DNA of 64,000 nt, from the NCBI GenBank assembly GCA_023409535.1, contig JAEYGZ010000027.1:279178-343177 (forward strand), read 5' to 3'. Position numbers and translations under genes: made by a program. Positions 30,620 through 40,197 of this stretch are shown piece by piece. Position 1 is the stretch's first letter, and each line of letters opens with the position of its first letter. This DNA comes from Bacillota bacterium (GTDB lineage: Bacteria > Bacillota > Clostridia > Lachnospirales > Lachnospiraceae). The notes below the pieces were generated by a model that worked only from the letters and a program-made list of their open reading frames with translations, was not told the DNA's origin and ran no database searches.

Positions 30620-32840
30620 CCGGAATAAGACGGCCGGAATATTCCTCTGCACACTAATCCTCCTGCTTGCGGCAACCGGTGTGATCCTGACTTACCGGCC
30701 GGTCTACCGTGCATCCGAGCAGCTTACGCAGAAGCTGCAAGATCAGAGAAGTCAACAGATTGAGCAACAGAGGGAATCAGACAAACAGGCGTTTATGACA
30801 GTTCTGGAGCGGGGCAACTATGTCCTGACAATGGATCTCGAACAAGAGAAAGACAGAGACTACCGGCCCTCTGAGATATTTTTATCAGAGACTTTCTTAA
30901 ATCTTCAGGAGGAGGATACCTGGTATCAGACAAAGAAGGACTTTATTGATTCCTTTAATGTTATATTACAGCAATGGTATGATGATTTTTTTCCTCATAT
31001 AGTAGACCAATACCCTTTCTTTGAATATTACATCATTAACCAAAAAACAGGGGAAGAACGTTCCAATTCCCATATTGACCGGCTATTATCGGATACCGAG
31101 GAAGCACAGGAAATAAAAAGCGAGTACCCATTTTATATTATTTTTCAATACGATGCGGATGGAAAGCTTCAAATTCCTGATTATACAGGCTTTCGTAAGG
31201 AAAAAATTGATGAGCTTTTGCTGCGGGAGCGGGATATGGAGATTTTTGAGGACGGCCTCAATAATTTATACTTAAACCAAATTCTGAAACCGGCAAATAC
31301 AACAATAATCTATGCATCACAGGCTGAGGAGTTTTACGTCAGTGAGGGATACCAGTACAGCTATGTGTGGAATCCGATCCGGAATTTTGGCAAGGCTGGT
31401 TTTGGGAATATACTCGGAATTACTGCAGTGATTGTGGCGCTTCTGGCAGTGCTGCTGCCGTTGAACAAAAATTGGGGCATCGGACAGGGACCGGCTTCCC
31501 GCATTCCTTTGGAGCCTGTCGTATTGGGTATACTCTCCGGTGCATTTCTCTATGAAGGCTTATCCTCCATGGCCTATGAAACCGTATCCGGATATTTCCT
31601 GATGGATCCCGACCAGACTATACTTTCAGCAAGCATGATTCACGGTATGGATTATATCTTTAATTTCCTGGTATGGATCCTGGTCTATGGTGCAATCTTT
31701 GCCGCAGCCCTGTCTCTCAGGCAGATCGTTATTCTTAAACCGGGACGTTACCTTAGGGAGAGAACGATTACGGGAGCCTTCCTTCGTTATTGTGTTAAGC
31801 TGATGAAAAAACTTTATACCAGCCTGAGCAATATTGATTTGACAGATAAGAGCAACAGAATAATTTTTAAAATTGTTATTGTGAATTTCCTCATCTTAGT
31901 ACTTTTATGCAGCATTTGGTTTTTTGGGATTGCCATTCTGATCCCCTATAGTATCATCTTATATTTTATATTAAAAAGGTATTCGGATGATATCAAGAGA
32001 AATTACGCAATTCTTCTGGGTGCCACCAGTAAGATGGCTGATGGTAATCTGGAGGTTGAGATTGAAGAGAATGTAGGCGTATTTAATCCGCTAAAGGGAG
32101 AGTTATTAAAGGTGCAGCATGGATTTAAGAAGGCAGTGGAGGAAGAAATGAAGAGCCAGCGTATGAGAACGGATTTAATAACGAATGTCTCCCACGATTT
32201 AAAGACACCTTTGACTGCTATCATCACCTATATCAATCTTCTGAAGGATGAGAATATTACGGAGGAAGAGCGAAGGTCCTATATTAATACTCTGGATCAG
32301 AAATCCCAGAGATTAAAGCACCTGATTGAGGACTTATTTGAAATGAGCAAGGCCTCCAGTGACAATGTGACGTTAAATTATGAGCAGATTGATCTTGGCA
32401 ACCTGATCAAACAGGTAGCACTGGAGCTTACGGATAAACTGGAGCAGGCCCGGGTGGAGCTGAAGATGCATCTGCCCGAGGAGAAGGTAGTTCTGTCACT
32501 TGACAGCGAGAAAACCTATCGTATCTTTGAGAATCTGATGGTCAATATCACAAAATACGCATTGCCTCATTCCAGAGCATATATTGACCTGGAGGCAGCA
32601 GAGGATAAGGTTGTGGTAGTTCTTAAGAATATATCGGAGCAGGAGCTGACCTTTGATACCCAGGAGATTACCGAGCGGTTTGTCAGAGGAGATCTCTCCC
32701 GCAATACCGAGGGCTCGGGTCTGGGGCTTGCCATTGTAAAAAGCTTCGTGGAGTTACAGGACGGAAGCTTTAAGATACGGGTGGACGGAGACTTATTTAA
32801 AGCTGTGATTGTCTGGAACAGGGAAAAGCATCCCGGTTGA
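30594..32840 (+). CDS. Multi-TM sensor histidine kinase
   Basis: ITNVSHDLKTPLT, NITKYA, ERFVRGD, GSGLGL; extracellular region plus several TMs. Confidence 0.93.
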   Translation: MATKLKSTNRNKTAGIFLCTLILLLAATGVILTYRPVYRASEQLTQKLQDQRSQQIEQQRESDKQAFMTVLERGNYVLTMDLEQEKDRDYRPSEIFLSETFLNLQEEDTWYQTKKDFIDSFNVILQQWYDDFFPHIVDQYPFFEYYIINQKTGEERSNSHIDRLLSDTEEAQEIKSEYPFYIIFQYDADGKLQIPDYTGFRKEKIDELLLRERDMEIFEDGLNNLYLNQILKPANTTIIYASQAEEFYVSEGYQYSYVWNPIRNFGKAGFGNILGITAVIVALLAVLLPLNKNWGIGQGPASRIPLEPVVLGILSGAFLYEGLSSMAYETVSGYFLMDPDQTILSASMIHGMDYIFNFLVWILVYGAIFAAALSLRQIVILKPGRYLRERTITGAFLRYCVKLMKKLYTSLSNIDLTDKSNRIIFKIVIVNFLILVLLCSIWFFGIAILIPYSIILYFILKRYSDDIKRNYAILLGATSKMADGNLEVEIEENVGVFNPLKGELLKVQHGFKKAVEEEMKSQRMRTDLITNVSHDLKTPLTAIITYINLLKDENITEEERRSYINTLDQKSQRLKHLIEDLFEMSKASSDNVTLNYEQIDLGNLIKQVALELTDKLEQARVELKMHLPEEKVVLSLDSEKTYRIFENLMVNITKYALPHSRAYIDLEAAEDKVVVVLKNISEQELTFDTQEITERFVRGDLSRNTEGSGLGLAIVKSFVELQDGSFKIRVDGDLFKAVIVWNREKHPG

Positions 32841-32933
32841 CAGGACTATCTTAGTTTCCGCACACAAGCTGGAAGATAGACAGTCCGATCAGCCGGGATA
32901 ATATTTAGCACACTTGAGTTATCAATTTACGAC

Positions 32934-33425
32934 CTAACGCTGGTGATGATTAATCTTCTCCAGAATATGATACAGCGGCCGGAATAAGATCAATGCAACA
33001 ACAAAATTACCGGCGCCGTGCAGGAGATCAAAGGGTATTCCCTGAACCCAGTAGGCAAATCCGGACGGAATACCGCCGGTAATAAAATATGGAATAGAGC
33101 ATAGTGCACCGAAGCTAAGTCCGTAAGCACCTGAAATAGCCGCCCAGAACAATGTTGACTTTATCCTGTGAAGCAGCATGGCAAGGATAAATAATACTGC
33201 CCAAACATACAGATAATTAATCCACCACAGTCCGATACCGTAGATCAATCCCTCCAAAGCAACGAAGACATAGGTTATGATGAATGCCTTCCATCGAAAG
33301 ATCAGGGTGAACAGGAGGATGCATAAAGATACCAATTCAATGTTCGGGAGGAAGCTTAAGGCCACCTGAAGTGCAACCAAGATAGCACTTAGCATTCCGA
33401 TGATTGCAATATCCTTGATCCGCAT
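32934..33425 (-). CDS. ECF-type S component, cobalamin-associated (CbrT-like)
   Basis: Hydrophobic 163 aa, LSFLPNIELV and GIPFDLLHG.GN motifs; downstream of the B12 riboswitch. Confidence 0.75.
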   Translation of the reverse strand: MRIKDIAIIGMLSAILVALQVALSFLPNIELVSLCILLFTLIFRWKAFIITYVFVALEGLIYGIGLWWINYLYVWAVLFILAMLLHRIKSTLFWAAISGAYGLSFGALCSIPYFITGGIPSGFAYWVQGIPFDLLHGAGNFVVALILFRPLYHILEKINHHQR

Positions 33426-33465
33426 AGATGCCTCATTTCTTGAATAAAGTTGATTCATGGCAGGT

Positions 33466-33870
33466 TTAGTATCCTACGGTCAGCGTGATCTCATATTGAT
33501 CACCATCGGCGATGGCTATGGTGTCTACACCGTTATTCACCTGTTCGCCGCCCTTGGTGATACACCACCATTCCTGGTTGGTGCCATTTGCCACGTGGCC
33601 GTTTACTTCACTGATGAAGAGACCGTATTCTTTTTCTGTGCCTTTCACCAGCTCTGCTTCTTCTAATGCCTGGCGAAGATACTCTGCATCGGTATGCAGG
33701 GTAAATTCCTTGGTCTCCTCCTCAGGAATAACCACTTCTATACCGATTTCCTTTGCACCTTCCACCGGCTTCGGCTTAAACTGATTATAAACCAGCGCCA
33801 TTGCGATGGCAACCAGTACAACAGCTGCGATGGCAATGAGGGATTTCTTTAAATTCTTGTTTTGCTTCAT
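33466..33870 (-). CDS. DUF4430 (transcobalamin-like) membrane-anchored protein
   Basis: N-terminal TM; YGLFISEVNG...WW...NG...GVD...I.DGD; start MKQNKN at 33870 after AAGGAG. Confidence 0.8.
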   Translation of the reverse strand: MKQNKNLKKSLIAIAAVVLVAIAMALVYNQFKPKPVEGAKEIGIEVVIPEEETKEFTLHTDAEYLRQALEEAELVKGTEKEYGLFISEVNGHVANGTNQEWWCITKGGEQVNNGVDTIAIADGDQYEITLTVGY

Positions 33871-34004
33871 GTTATCTTTTCTCCTTTTTTGAGTAATAAA
33901 AAAATCCTTTACCCACAAACAGGAAAAAGGACAATAAAAATAGACTGCAAAGCAGCTGTTTTATTGCACCTTTGTCCAAACCTCGTGGAGCGTCCGGTAC
34001 TGAG

Positions 34005-34217
34005 ATAAGCAGGTTTTCTGACTTAAGGATCCTAATCCGCTTCGGATCTTCCCGGTGCCTTATTGCCGATGCCAAATTCATCTGCGTTAAGATACCAGTG
34101 ATCTGTTACAAGGCAGTGCCTTGCCGAACCGGACTCCCCTATTACAGCGGCGAGACCGTACAGGCTTTGAACCTGTTTCCCTATTATGTTGAATAGTATT
34201 AGTATTCAACCACTTAC
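34005..34217 (-). ncRNA. Cobalamin (B12) riboswitch
   Basis: Minus strand AATAGGGAAACAGGTTCAAAGCCTGTACGGTCTCGCCGCTGTAA...CACTG...CGGGAAG...AAGTCAGAAAACCTGC; P1 GTAAGTGGTT/AACCTGCTTAT; TTGACA-N18-TATACT promoter at 34245-34274. Confidence 0.93.
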
Positions 34218-34366
34218 ATCATAATAATCACTTGATTATAGGGAGAGTATAGCATCACAGGATGGGGGTGTCAACCGAAAGAAAATATTTGATATTTTAT
34301 ATGGTTATGCTATAATTATTAGCTAAAGGGTACACCTATGAATTAGATTAAGGAGTAGAAAGAAAC

Positions 34367-35425
34367 ATGAAGATAACACAGAAATCATTTGGAAAAACCG
34401 CGCGGGGGGAAGAGGCAACACTCTATACCGTTACCAATGGAAACGGAGTGAAGGTTTCCTTTACCGATTACGGTGCAAATATCGTAAGTATTATCGCGCC
34501 GGATGCAAAGGGAAACATGGCCGATGTAAACTTAGGCTTTGAAAATATCGCAGGTTATGAGGAGAACGGTCCCGGCTTTGGATCCTTTATCGGCAGGCAT
34601 GCAAACCGTATCGGTGATGCGAAGTTTGAACTGGGCGGTAAGGTTTATGAACTTGAGAAGAACGACGGTAAGAATAATCTGCACGGTGGTTTTACCGGTT
34701 ATAATAAATTTATGTATGAAACTGAGGTTTATGAGGATGAGGACATCGCAAGTATCGAATTCTCAAGACTCAGCCCTCATATGGAGCAGGGTTTCCCGGG
34801 CAATCTGGATATTACGGTTACCTACAGCTTAACGGAAGGCAATGAATTAGTAATTGAATATATGGCGGTATCCGATCGTGATACCATTGTTAACCTGACG
34901 AACCATTCCTACTTTAACCTGTCAGGACATGACAGTGGTTCTGTCCTTAATCATAAGGTATGGATAAAGGCAAATCAGTTTACCCCTACGACAGAGGATT
35001 TAATCCCTACCGGCGAATTAAGGGATGTTACAGGGACACCCATGGATTTTAGAACTTTAAAGACACTCGGTCAGGACATTGCTTCCAATTATGAGCCTTT
35101 GGTAATTGCCGGCGGATATGATCATAATTATGTGCTTGATACAAGCGGTACCCAGGTGGAGAAGGCTGCAGAGCTGGTAGAAGAGAAGAGCGGAAGAAAG
35201 ATGGAGGTATTTACGGACCTTCCCGGAATACAGCTGTATACCGCTAATTTCTTGAAGCCTGTTAATAACAGCAAGGGCGGAGCAGTATATGAAAAAAGAG
35301 GCGCGGTTTGCTTTGAGACTCAGTACTTCCCCAACTCCTGTAATATCAAGAATTTTCCTTCCTGTGCGCTGAAGGCGGGCAAGGAATTTAATACGGTAAC
35401 AATATATAAGTTTTCAACAATATAA
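34367..35425 (+). CDS. galM: Aldose 1-epimerase
   Basis: GRHANRI, NNLHGG, NLTNHSYFNL, GYDHNY, CFETQ. Confidence 0.95.
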   Translation: MKITQKSFGKTARGEEATLYTVTNGNGVKVSFTDYGANIVSIIAPDAKGNMADVNLGFENIAGYEENGPGFGSFIGRHANRIGDAKFELGGKVYELEKNDGKNNLHGGFTGYNKFMYETEVYEDEDIASIEFSRLSPHMEQGFPGNLDITVTYSLTEGNELVIEYMAVSDRDTIVNLTNHSYFNLSGHDSGSVLNHKVWIKANQFTPTTEDLIPTGELRDVTGTPMDFRTLKTLGQDIASNYEPLVIAGGYDHNYVLDTSGTQVEKAAELVEEKSGRKMEVFTDLPGIQLYTANFLKPVNNSKGGAVYEKRGAVCFETQYFPNSCNIKNFPSCALKAGKEFNTVTIYKFSTI

Positions 35426-35437
35426 TATTGTTATAAA

Positions 35438-35518
35438 GGAGCTGTTGCAAAATAATTGCAATAATACAGGCAGGTCCATGATCTCTCTGTATTATTGCAA
35501 TTGTTATGCAGCAGCTCC
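35438..35518. repeat. Long imperfect palindrome after galM
   Basis: GGAGCTGTTGCAAAATAATTGCAATAATACAG...CTGTATTATTGCAATTGTTATGCAGCAGCTCC, ~32-bp arms. Confidence 0.85.
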
Positions 35519-35583
35519 CTCTTTACAGTTTAAAAAGGAATAGAGTGAATAGCTGACACAAAATCATAGGATAAATAAATATT

Positions 35584-35629
35584 ATACCCGGCATATCACC
35601 TCAGATTATCTGAAGCTTATGCCGGGTAT
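35584..35629 (-). terminator. Hairpin downstream of upp
   Basis: ATACCCGGCATA...TATGCCGGGTAT. Confidence 0.65.
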
Positions 35630-35668
35630 CTTAAAATATCTTTATTTAAATACAGACGGAAGGGTTCT

Positions 35669-36298
35669 TCATTTTGTTCCGTAGATTCTGTCGCCGGCAT
35701 CACCAAGTCCGGGAAGAATATACCCATGCTCATTCAGTCTTTCATCCAGGTTACCGATATAGATGTCAACATCAGGATGAGCTTTGCTTAAACGATCCAC
35801 ACCCTCAGGAGCGGCGATGAGACACAGGAAGTGAATCTTTGAAATACCTCTTTTCTTCAGCATGTCAATTGCAGCCACTGCGGAACCGCCGGTTGCAAGC
35901 ATCGGGTCAACAACAAAGATTTCACGCTCGGCAGCATCGGATGGAAGCTTACAGAAATATTCCACCGGTTCTAAGGTTGTCTCATTACGATATAAACCAA
36001 TATGACCCACCTTTGCATTGGGTATCAGATTAAGAATACCATCAGCCATATGAAGTCCGGCTCTAAGGATGGGAACGATGCACAGCTTCTTGCCCTCGAT
36101 TTCCTTTGCAATTGTCTTAACCAGCGGTGTCTCGATTTCTATGTCGGCAAGAGGAAGCTTTCTGGTTGCTTCATAACAGATCAGCATGGCAACCTCAGAT
36201 ACAAGGTCCCTAAACTCCTTCGTTGATGTGGCTTTCCTTCTCATAATTCCCAACTTATGTTGAATTAAGGGATGATCCATGATGGTTACAGTTGACAT
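35669..36298 (-). CDS. upp: Uracil phosphoribosyltransferase
   Basis: [37 protein letters not shown]. Confidence 0.97.
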   Translation of the reverse strand: MSTVTIMDHPLIQHKLGIMRRKATSTKEFRDLVSEVAMLICYEATRKLPLADIEIETPLVKTIAKEIEGKKLCIVPILRAGLHMADGILNLIPNAKVGHIGLYRNETTLEPVEYFCKLPSDAAEREIFVVDPMLATGGSAVAAIDMLKKRGISKIHFLCLIAAPEGVDRLSKAHPDVDIYIGNLDERLNEHGYILPGLGDAGDRIYGTK

Positions 36299-36565
36299 TC
36301 TATTACCTCCTGAGTATTTGTTATTAAATTTCTACCGATCATTATAACAAATAATCAGGGTATATTAAAGGATAAATTTCATTATTTTCAAATATTCTGA
36401 CAGGGTTTTCCCAGAGATATCATGATTTTCCATTTGTTGAGATTTATTATGGTGATATTTGTATGAGCTTAGAAATAGGAATATGAACAAAGAATTTGCC
36501 GCACCATATATTATATCAAGAATAGAAAAATTGTTCCCATTCTCAAAAGAGATAAACGGCGGCTA

Positions 36566-36686
36566 TAAAAAGAGGAGAAGCCCGGTAGAGGGGGGAGGGT
36601 AGCTGCCGGGCTTATTTTATGAAAAAAATTATCTTGTAAGCAATATTAAATTAATTTGAAACTTCATAAGCTAATCTCTTAACTTG
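36566..36686 (-). ncRNA. Candidate small regulatory RNA with C-rich loop
   Basis: TATAAT at 36693-36698 preceded by four 11-bp-periodic boxes; no ORF; 3' hairpin AAGCCCGGCAG-CTACCCTCCCCCCT-CTACCGGGCTT then CTCCTCTTTTT. Confidence 0.6.
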
Positions 36687-37028
36687 TTTTTTATTATAAA
36701 AGACATATATGTTTTTTGTATGGATATATTATGAACATTCTGTTAATATTTCGACTGAAATCGAAATATATCGAAAGGTGTAAATTGAATGGAATAGTTA
36801 CATTAGGAATAAGTGTCAGTAATTGCAGAGGTTTATTTTGTGTCCGCAGCGAATAATAGTATTATAAGAATTTGATACTTATTTCAAATGCGATTATTGA
36901 TAAACATTTGCACAGAGGATTGCATGCGACAGGATATGCATTTTTTATCTGGACAATTTTGTAGGAATATGTTATAAAAATCAGAAGGAAAGATAACCCT
37001 GATGCCAAGACTGAGAGTAGGTGATGAT

Positions 37029-37484
37029 ATGTCAAACGTTTTTAAAAAATTAATCAGCAAAGAAATGGGTGAAGTAAATTACCACCGCTATTTTTCCTTT
37101 GTTAAAAAGAACCTTGAAACAAAAATGAGTGATAGTCAGTTGATTTATAATGATATGTATGAAAAGTTGAAGTATAGAGATTTAAAAGCCATTACCAAAA
37201 TGCATAATCGTTTGAATGATACCATGGTACTTGCCTTTCGAATAAGTAAGAACTTCTTTTTCGCCTTCGTTTTTTATCTGGCAGCATCTATTTTTATCAT
37301 TGCAAGGATTCATCAGCCGGAGCTTGTAATCATTGCACTGGTTCTGATGAATTTGGCTTTTGTATATAAGGCATATGAATTTATCGCGAATAAATTTTGC
37401 TATATAGACGCTCAGATCATCCTTGTTTATAAAGCAGTTCTGGACCGTATTATCCTGAATGAACACAAAAGTATGCAGGAATAG
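37029..37484 (+). CDS. Hypothetical membrane protein (2 TM)
   Basis: AGGTG RBS before MSNVFKK; two hydrophobic stretches. Confidence 0.7.
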   Translation: MSNVFKKLISKEMGEVNYHRYFSFVKKNLETKMSDSQLIYNDMYEKLKYRDLKAITKMHNRLNDTMVLAFRISKNFFFAFVFYLAASIFIIARIHQPELVIIALVLMNLAFVYKAYEFIANKFCYIDAQIILVYKAVLDRIILNEHKSMQE

Positions 37485-37612
37485 AGCTTTTAATCGGCCC
37501 AAACTAATCCGAAGATGTATACAGGTTGGTTACGGCAGGAAAATGTGTTATACTTATGAGAATAAAAGCACGTTTATGCAGATTAAGATTACTGCTCAGA
37601 AATGGAGAAGCT

Positions 37613-38463
37613 ATGGAGAAGGATGTAATCAGTATTTTGGAAACGGTTGATGTCGTGACGGGGGAACGCACAGTATTAAAGGAATTTATTTAATCGAAGC
37701 GCCCAATTGGCTTAATAATGGAAAGGAATTAATTTATAATTCCGGCGGACGTATTTATTCTTATCATATGGAGACCGGCAGCAGTATATTAATCGATACC
37801 GGCAATTGTATTCATTGTAATAATGATCACGTCCTTTCACCGGATCATAAGCAGCTGGCTGTCAGCGATCATTCTCAGGATGGAAAATCGCGGATTTATA
37901 CCCTTTCGATAGAAGGCGGTGTACCGGCGTTGATTACGAGGAATGCTCCCAGCTATCTGCATGGCTGGTCTCCGGACGGAGCAACCCTGGCTTACTGTGC
38001 GGAATGTAATGGTGACTATGATATCTATACGATTCCTGTACAGGGTGGGGAGGAGACAAGGTTGACCTTTGCGGCCGGCCTCGATGACGGTCCGGAATAT
38101 TCTCCTGACGGCGGGTATATCTGGTTTAATTCCGTACGAAGCGGCCTGATGCAGCTATGGCGAATGAAGGCCGACGCAAGTGAGCAGACCCAGATGACCT
38201 TTGACGAGAATAACAGTTGGTTTGCGCACCTGTCGCCGGATGGCACAATGGTAGCATATATTACTTATCACAAAGGGGATGTTAATCCCGGAGATCACCC
38301 TGCCAATAAGAATGTGGAGATACGTCTGATGCCTTCCCAGGGCGGCGAATATCGTACACTGGTGAAATTATTCGGCGGGCAGGGCACACTGAATGTCAAC
38401 TCCTGGTCTCCTTGTGGAAAGAAGCTTGCATTTGTAAGCTACCGGTTGAAGGAGGAAAAATAA
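37613..38463 (+). pseudogene. TolB-like PD40 beta-propeller protein split by a frameshift near 37688
   Basis: GGAGAAG-ATG at 37613 gives [26 protein letters not shown] (stop 37691-37693). The -1 frame continues LIEAPNW...SPD repeats...[12 protein letters not shown]. Confidence 0.8.
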
Positions 38464-38466
38464 CAT

Positions 38467-39141
38467 ATGAATGTATTCGATATTATGGGACCGATTATGG
38501 TTGGCCCCTCCAGCTCCCATACCGCGGGGGCGGTGAGAATCGGATATACCGCAAGACAGCTTCTGAGGGAAGAAATCAAATCCGCGAAGCTGTATTTGCA
38601 TGGCTCCTTTTTAGCAACAGGAAAAGGACATGGAACAGATAAAGCATTGATCGCGGGTTTGCTGGGCTTTAAACCTGATGATGAGCGTATTATTCACAGT
38701 TTCTCACTAGCCCTGGAGAAAGGAATGGAGTATTCCTTTGAGGGGATTGAATTAAAGGGTGCGCATCCGAACTCCGTATTACTTAAGCTCGAAGGGGTTC
38801 GCGGTGCTCACCTGGAGCTTGTGGCTTCCTCTATTGGCGGCGGCCTTATTGTAATTAATCAGATTGACGGAGTACAGGCAGATATTACAGCAAGCTATCC
38901 GACGCTGATCATTCATAACGTGGACGAGCCGGGACATGTATCCCTGGTTGCGACAATACTTGGACAGCAGAAGGTAAATATTGCAACGATGCATATTTAC
39001 AGGGATAAGCGGGGAGGAAATGCCGTTATGATAATCGAATGTGACCAGGAGGTTACCCCCGATACCATAACGATGCTTCGCAGTACCAGCGGCATAAAGA
39101 AGGTAACCTACCTGAGTATGGAGGAAGAGCATGAGTTTTAG
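38467..39141 (+). CDS. sdaAB: L-serine dehydratase, beta subunit
   Basis: DIMGPIMVGPSSSHTAGAVRIG, GHGTDKA, HPNS, C-terminal ACT domain. Confidence 0.96.
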   Translation: MNVFDIMGPIMVGPSSSHTAGAVRIGYTARQLLREEIKSAKLYLHGSFLATGKGHGTDKALIAGLLGFKPDDERIIHSFSLALEKGMEYSFEGIELKGAHPNSVLLKLEGVRGAHLELVASSIGGGLIVINQIDGVQADITASYPTLIIHNVDEPGHVSLVATILGQQKVNIATMHIYRDKRGGNAVMIIECDQEVTPDTITMLRSTSGIKKVTYLSMEEEHEF

Positions 39142-40006
39142 ATCTCTGGATGAAATCGTAAGTAAGTGCGATGAATATAAGAAGCCCTTCTGGAAGGTGG
39201 TTCTTGAGGATGATATGGAAGAACGGATGGCAACCGCCGAGGAATCCATGAAGCTGATGGAGCGGCTATATCTGACGATGAAGAGCGCGGATGCGGCCTA
39301 TGATGATAAGCTGATGTCTTCCAGCAGACTCGTAGGCCAGGATGGTGCCAGAATGAACCGCGCCCTGCGGGAAGGCAGGGCGTTAAGCGGTGACTTTATC
39401 GGCGAGGTAATAGCCAAGGCATTGAAAATGGGTGAATCCAATGCCTGTATGAAGAAGATTGTGGCGGCACCTACCGCTGGCTCCTGCGGGGTAATACCTG
39501 CAGTTTTGTTAACATATGAAGAAAAGAGCCAAGCATCCTTGGAGCGTATGGTGGAGGCCATGTATGTTGCCTCAGGTATTGGTGAGGTTATCGCAGAAAG
39601 GGCAACCCTGTCGGGTGCGGCAGGCGGATGCCAGGCAGAGATTGGCTCCGCCAGTGCAATGGCAGCAGGGGCACTTGCCTATCTTAACGGCGGTGACAAT
39701 CTTAGCATCATCCATGCAGCGGCTATGGCGTTGAAAAACCTCCTGGGTCTGGTTTGTGATACTGTCGGCGGATTGGTTGAGGTCCCCTGCGTGAAGCGTA
39801 ATGTGGTGGGAGCTGTGAATGCAATAGCAAGTGCAGATATGGCTGTTGCGGGAATAGTAAGCAGAATACCGCCGGATGAGGTAATAGATGCCATGCGCGA
39901 GGTAGGTGAGGCATTGCCCAAATCCCTTCGGGAAACAGGAGAAGGCGGTTTGGCCGCCACACCAACCGGACAGGAAGTTATGAGGCATTTATTGAAGGAA
40001 GAATAA
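39131..40006 (+). CDS. sdaAA: L-serine dehydratase, alpha subunit
   Basis: IVAAPTAGSCGV, GGCQAEIG, GLVCD..GGLVEVPCVKRN, LRETGEGGLA. Confidence 0.96.
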   Translation: MSFRSLDEIVSKCDEYKKPFWKVVLEDDMEERMATAEESMKLMERLYLTMKSADAAYDDKLMSSSRLVGQDGARMNRALREGRALSGDFIGEVIAKALKMGESNACMKKIVAAPTAGSCGVIPAVLLTYEEKSQASLERMVEAMYVASGIGEVIAERATLSGAAGGCQAEIGSASAMAAGALAYLNGGDNLSIIHAAAMALKNLLGLVCDTVGGLVEVPCVKRNVVGAVNAIASADMAVAGIVSRIPPDEVIDAMREVGEALPKSLRETGEGGLAATPTGQEVMRHLLKEE

Positions 40007-40027
40007 CATAAAGAAAGTAATAAATAG

Positions 40028-40068
40028 AAAGGCATGCTGTATTCTTATATCAATACAACATGCCTTTT
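40028..40068 (+). terminator. Intrinsic terminator
   Basis: AAAGGCATGCTGTATT...AATACAACATGCCTTTT. Confidence 0.8.
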
Positions 40069-40197
40069 CCGTTTATCCAATAAGCTAACCTAATGAGCTG
40101 TCCCTCGGTATGATTTATACAATAAAGATAGGTAAACCAGGATATTTTATTTTTTGCGCCATATATTATTAGTAACATCATTTAAGGTATTAAAAAA

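Noticed and set aside
37682..37693. Programmed -1 frameshift in the PD40 gene
   Set aside because: No X XXY YYZ heptamer or clear downstream structure; a small deletion is simpler.
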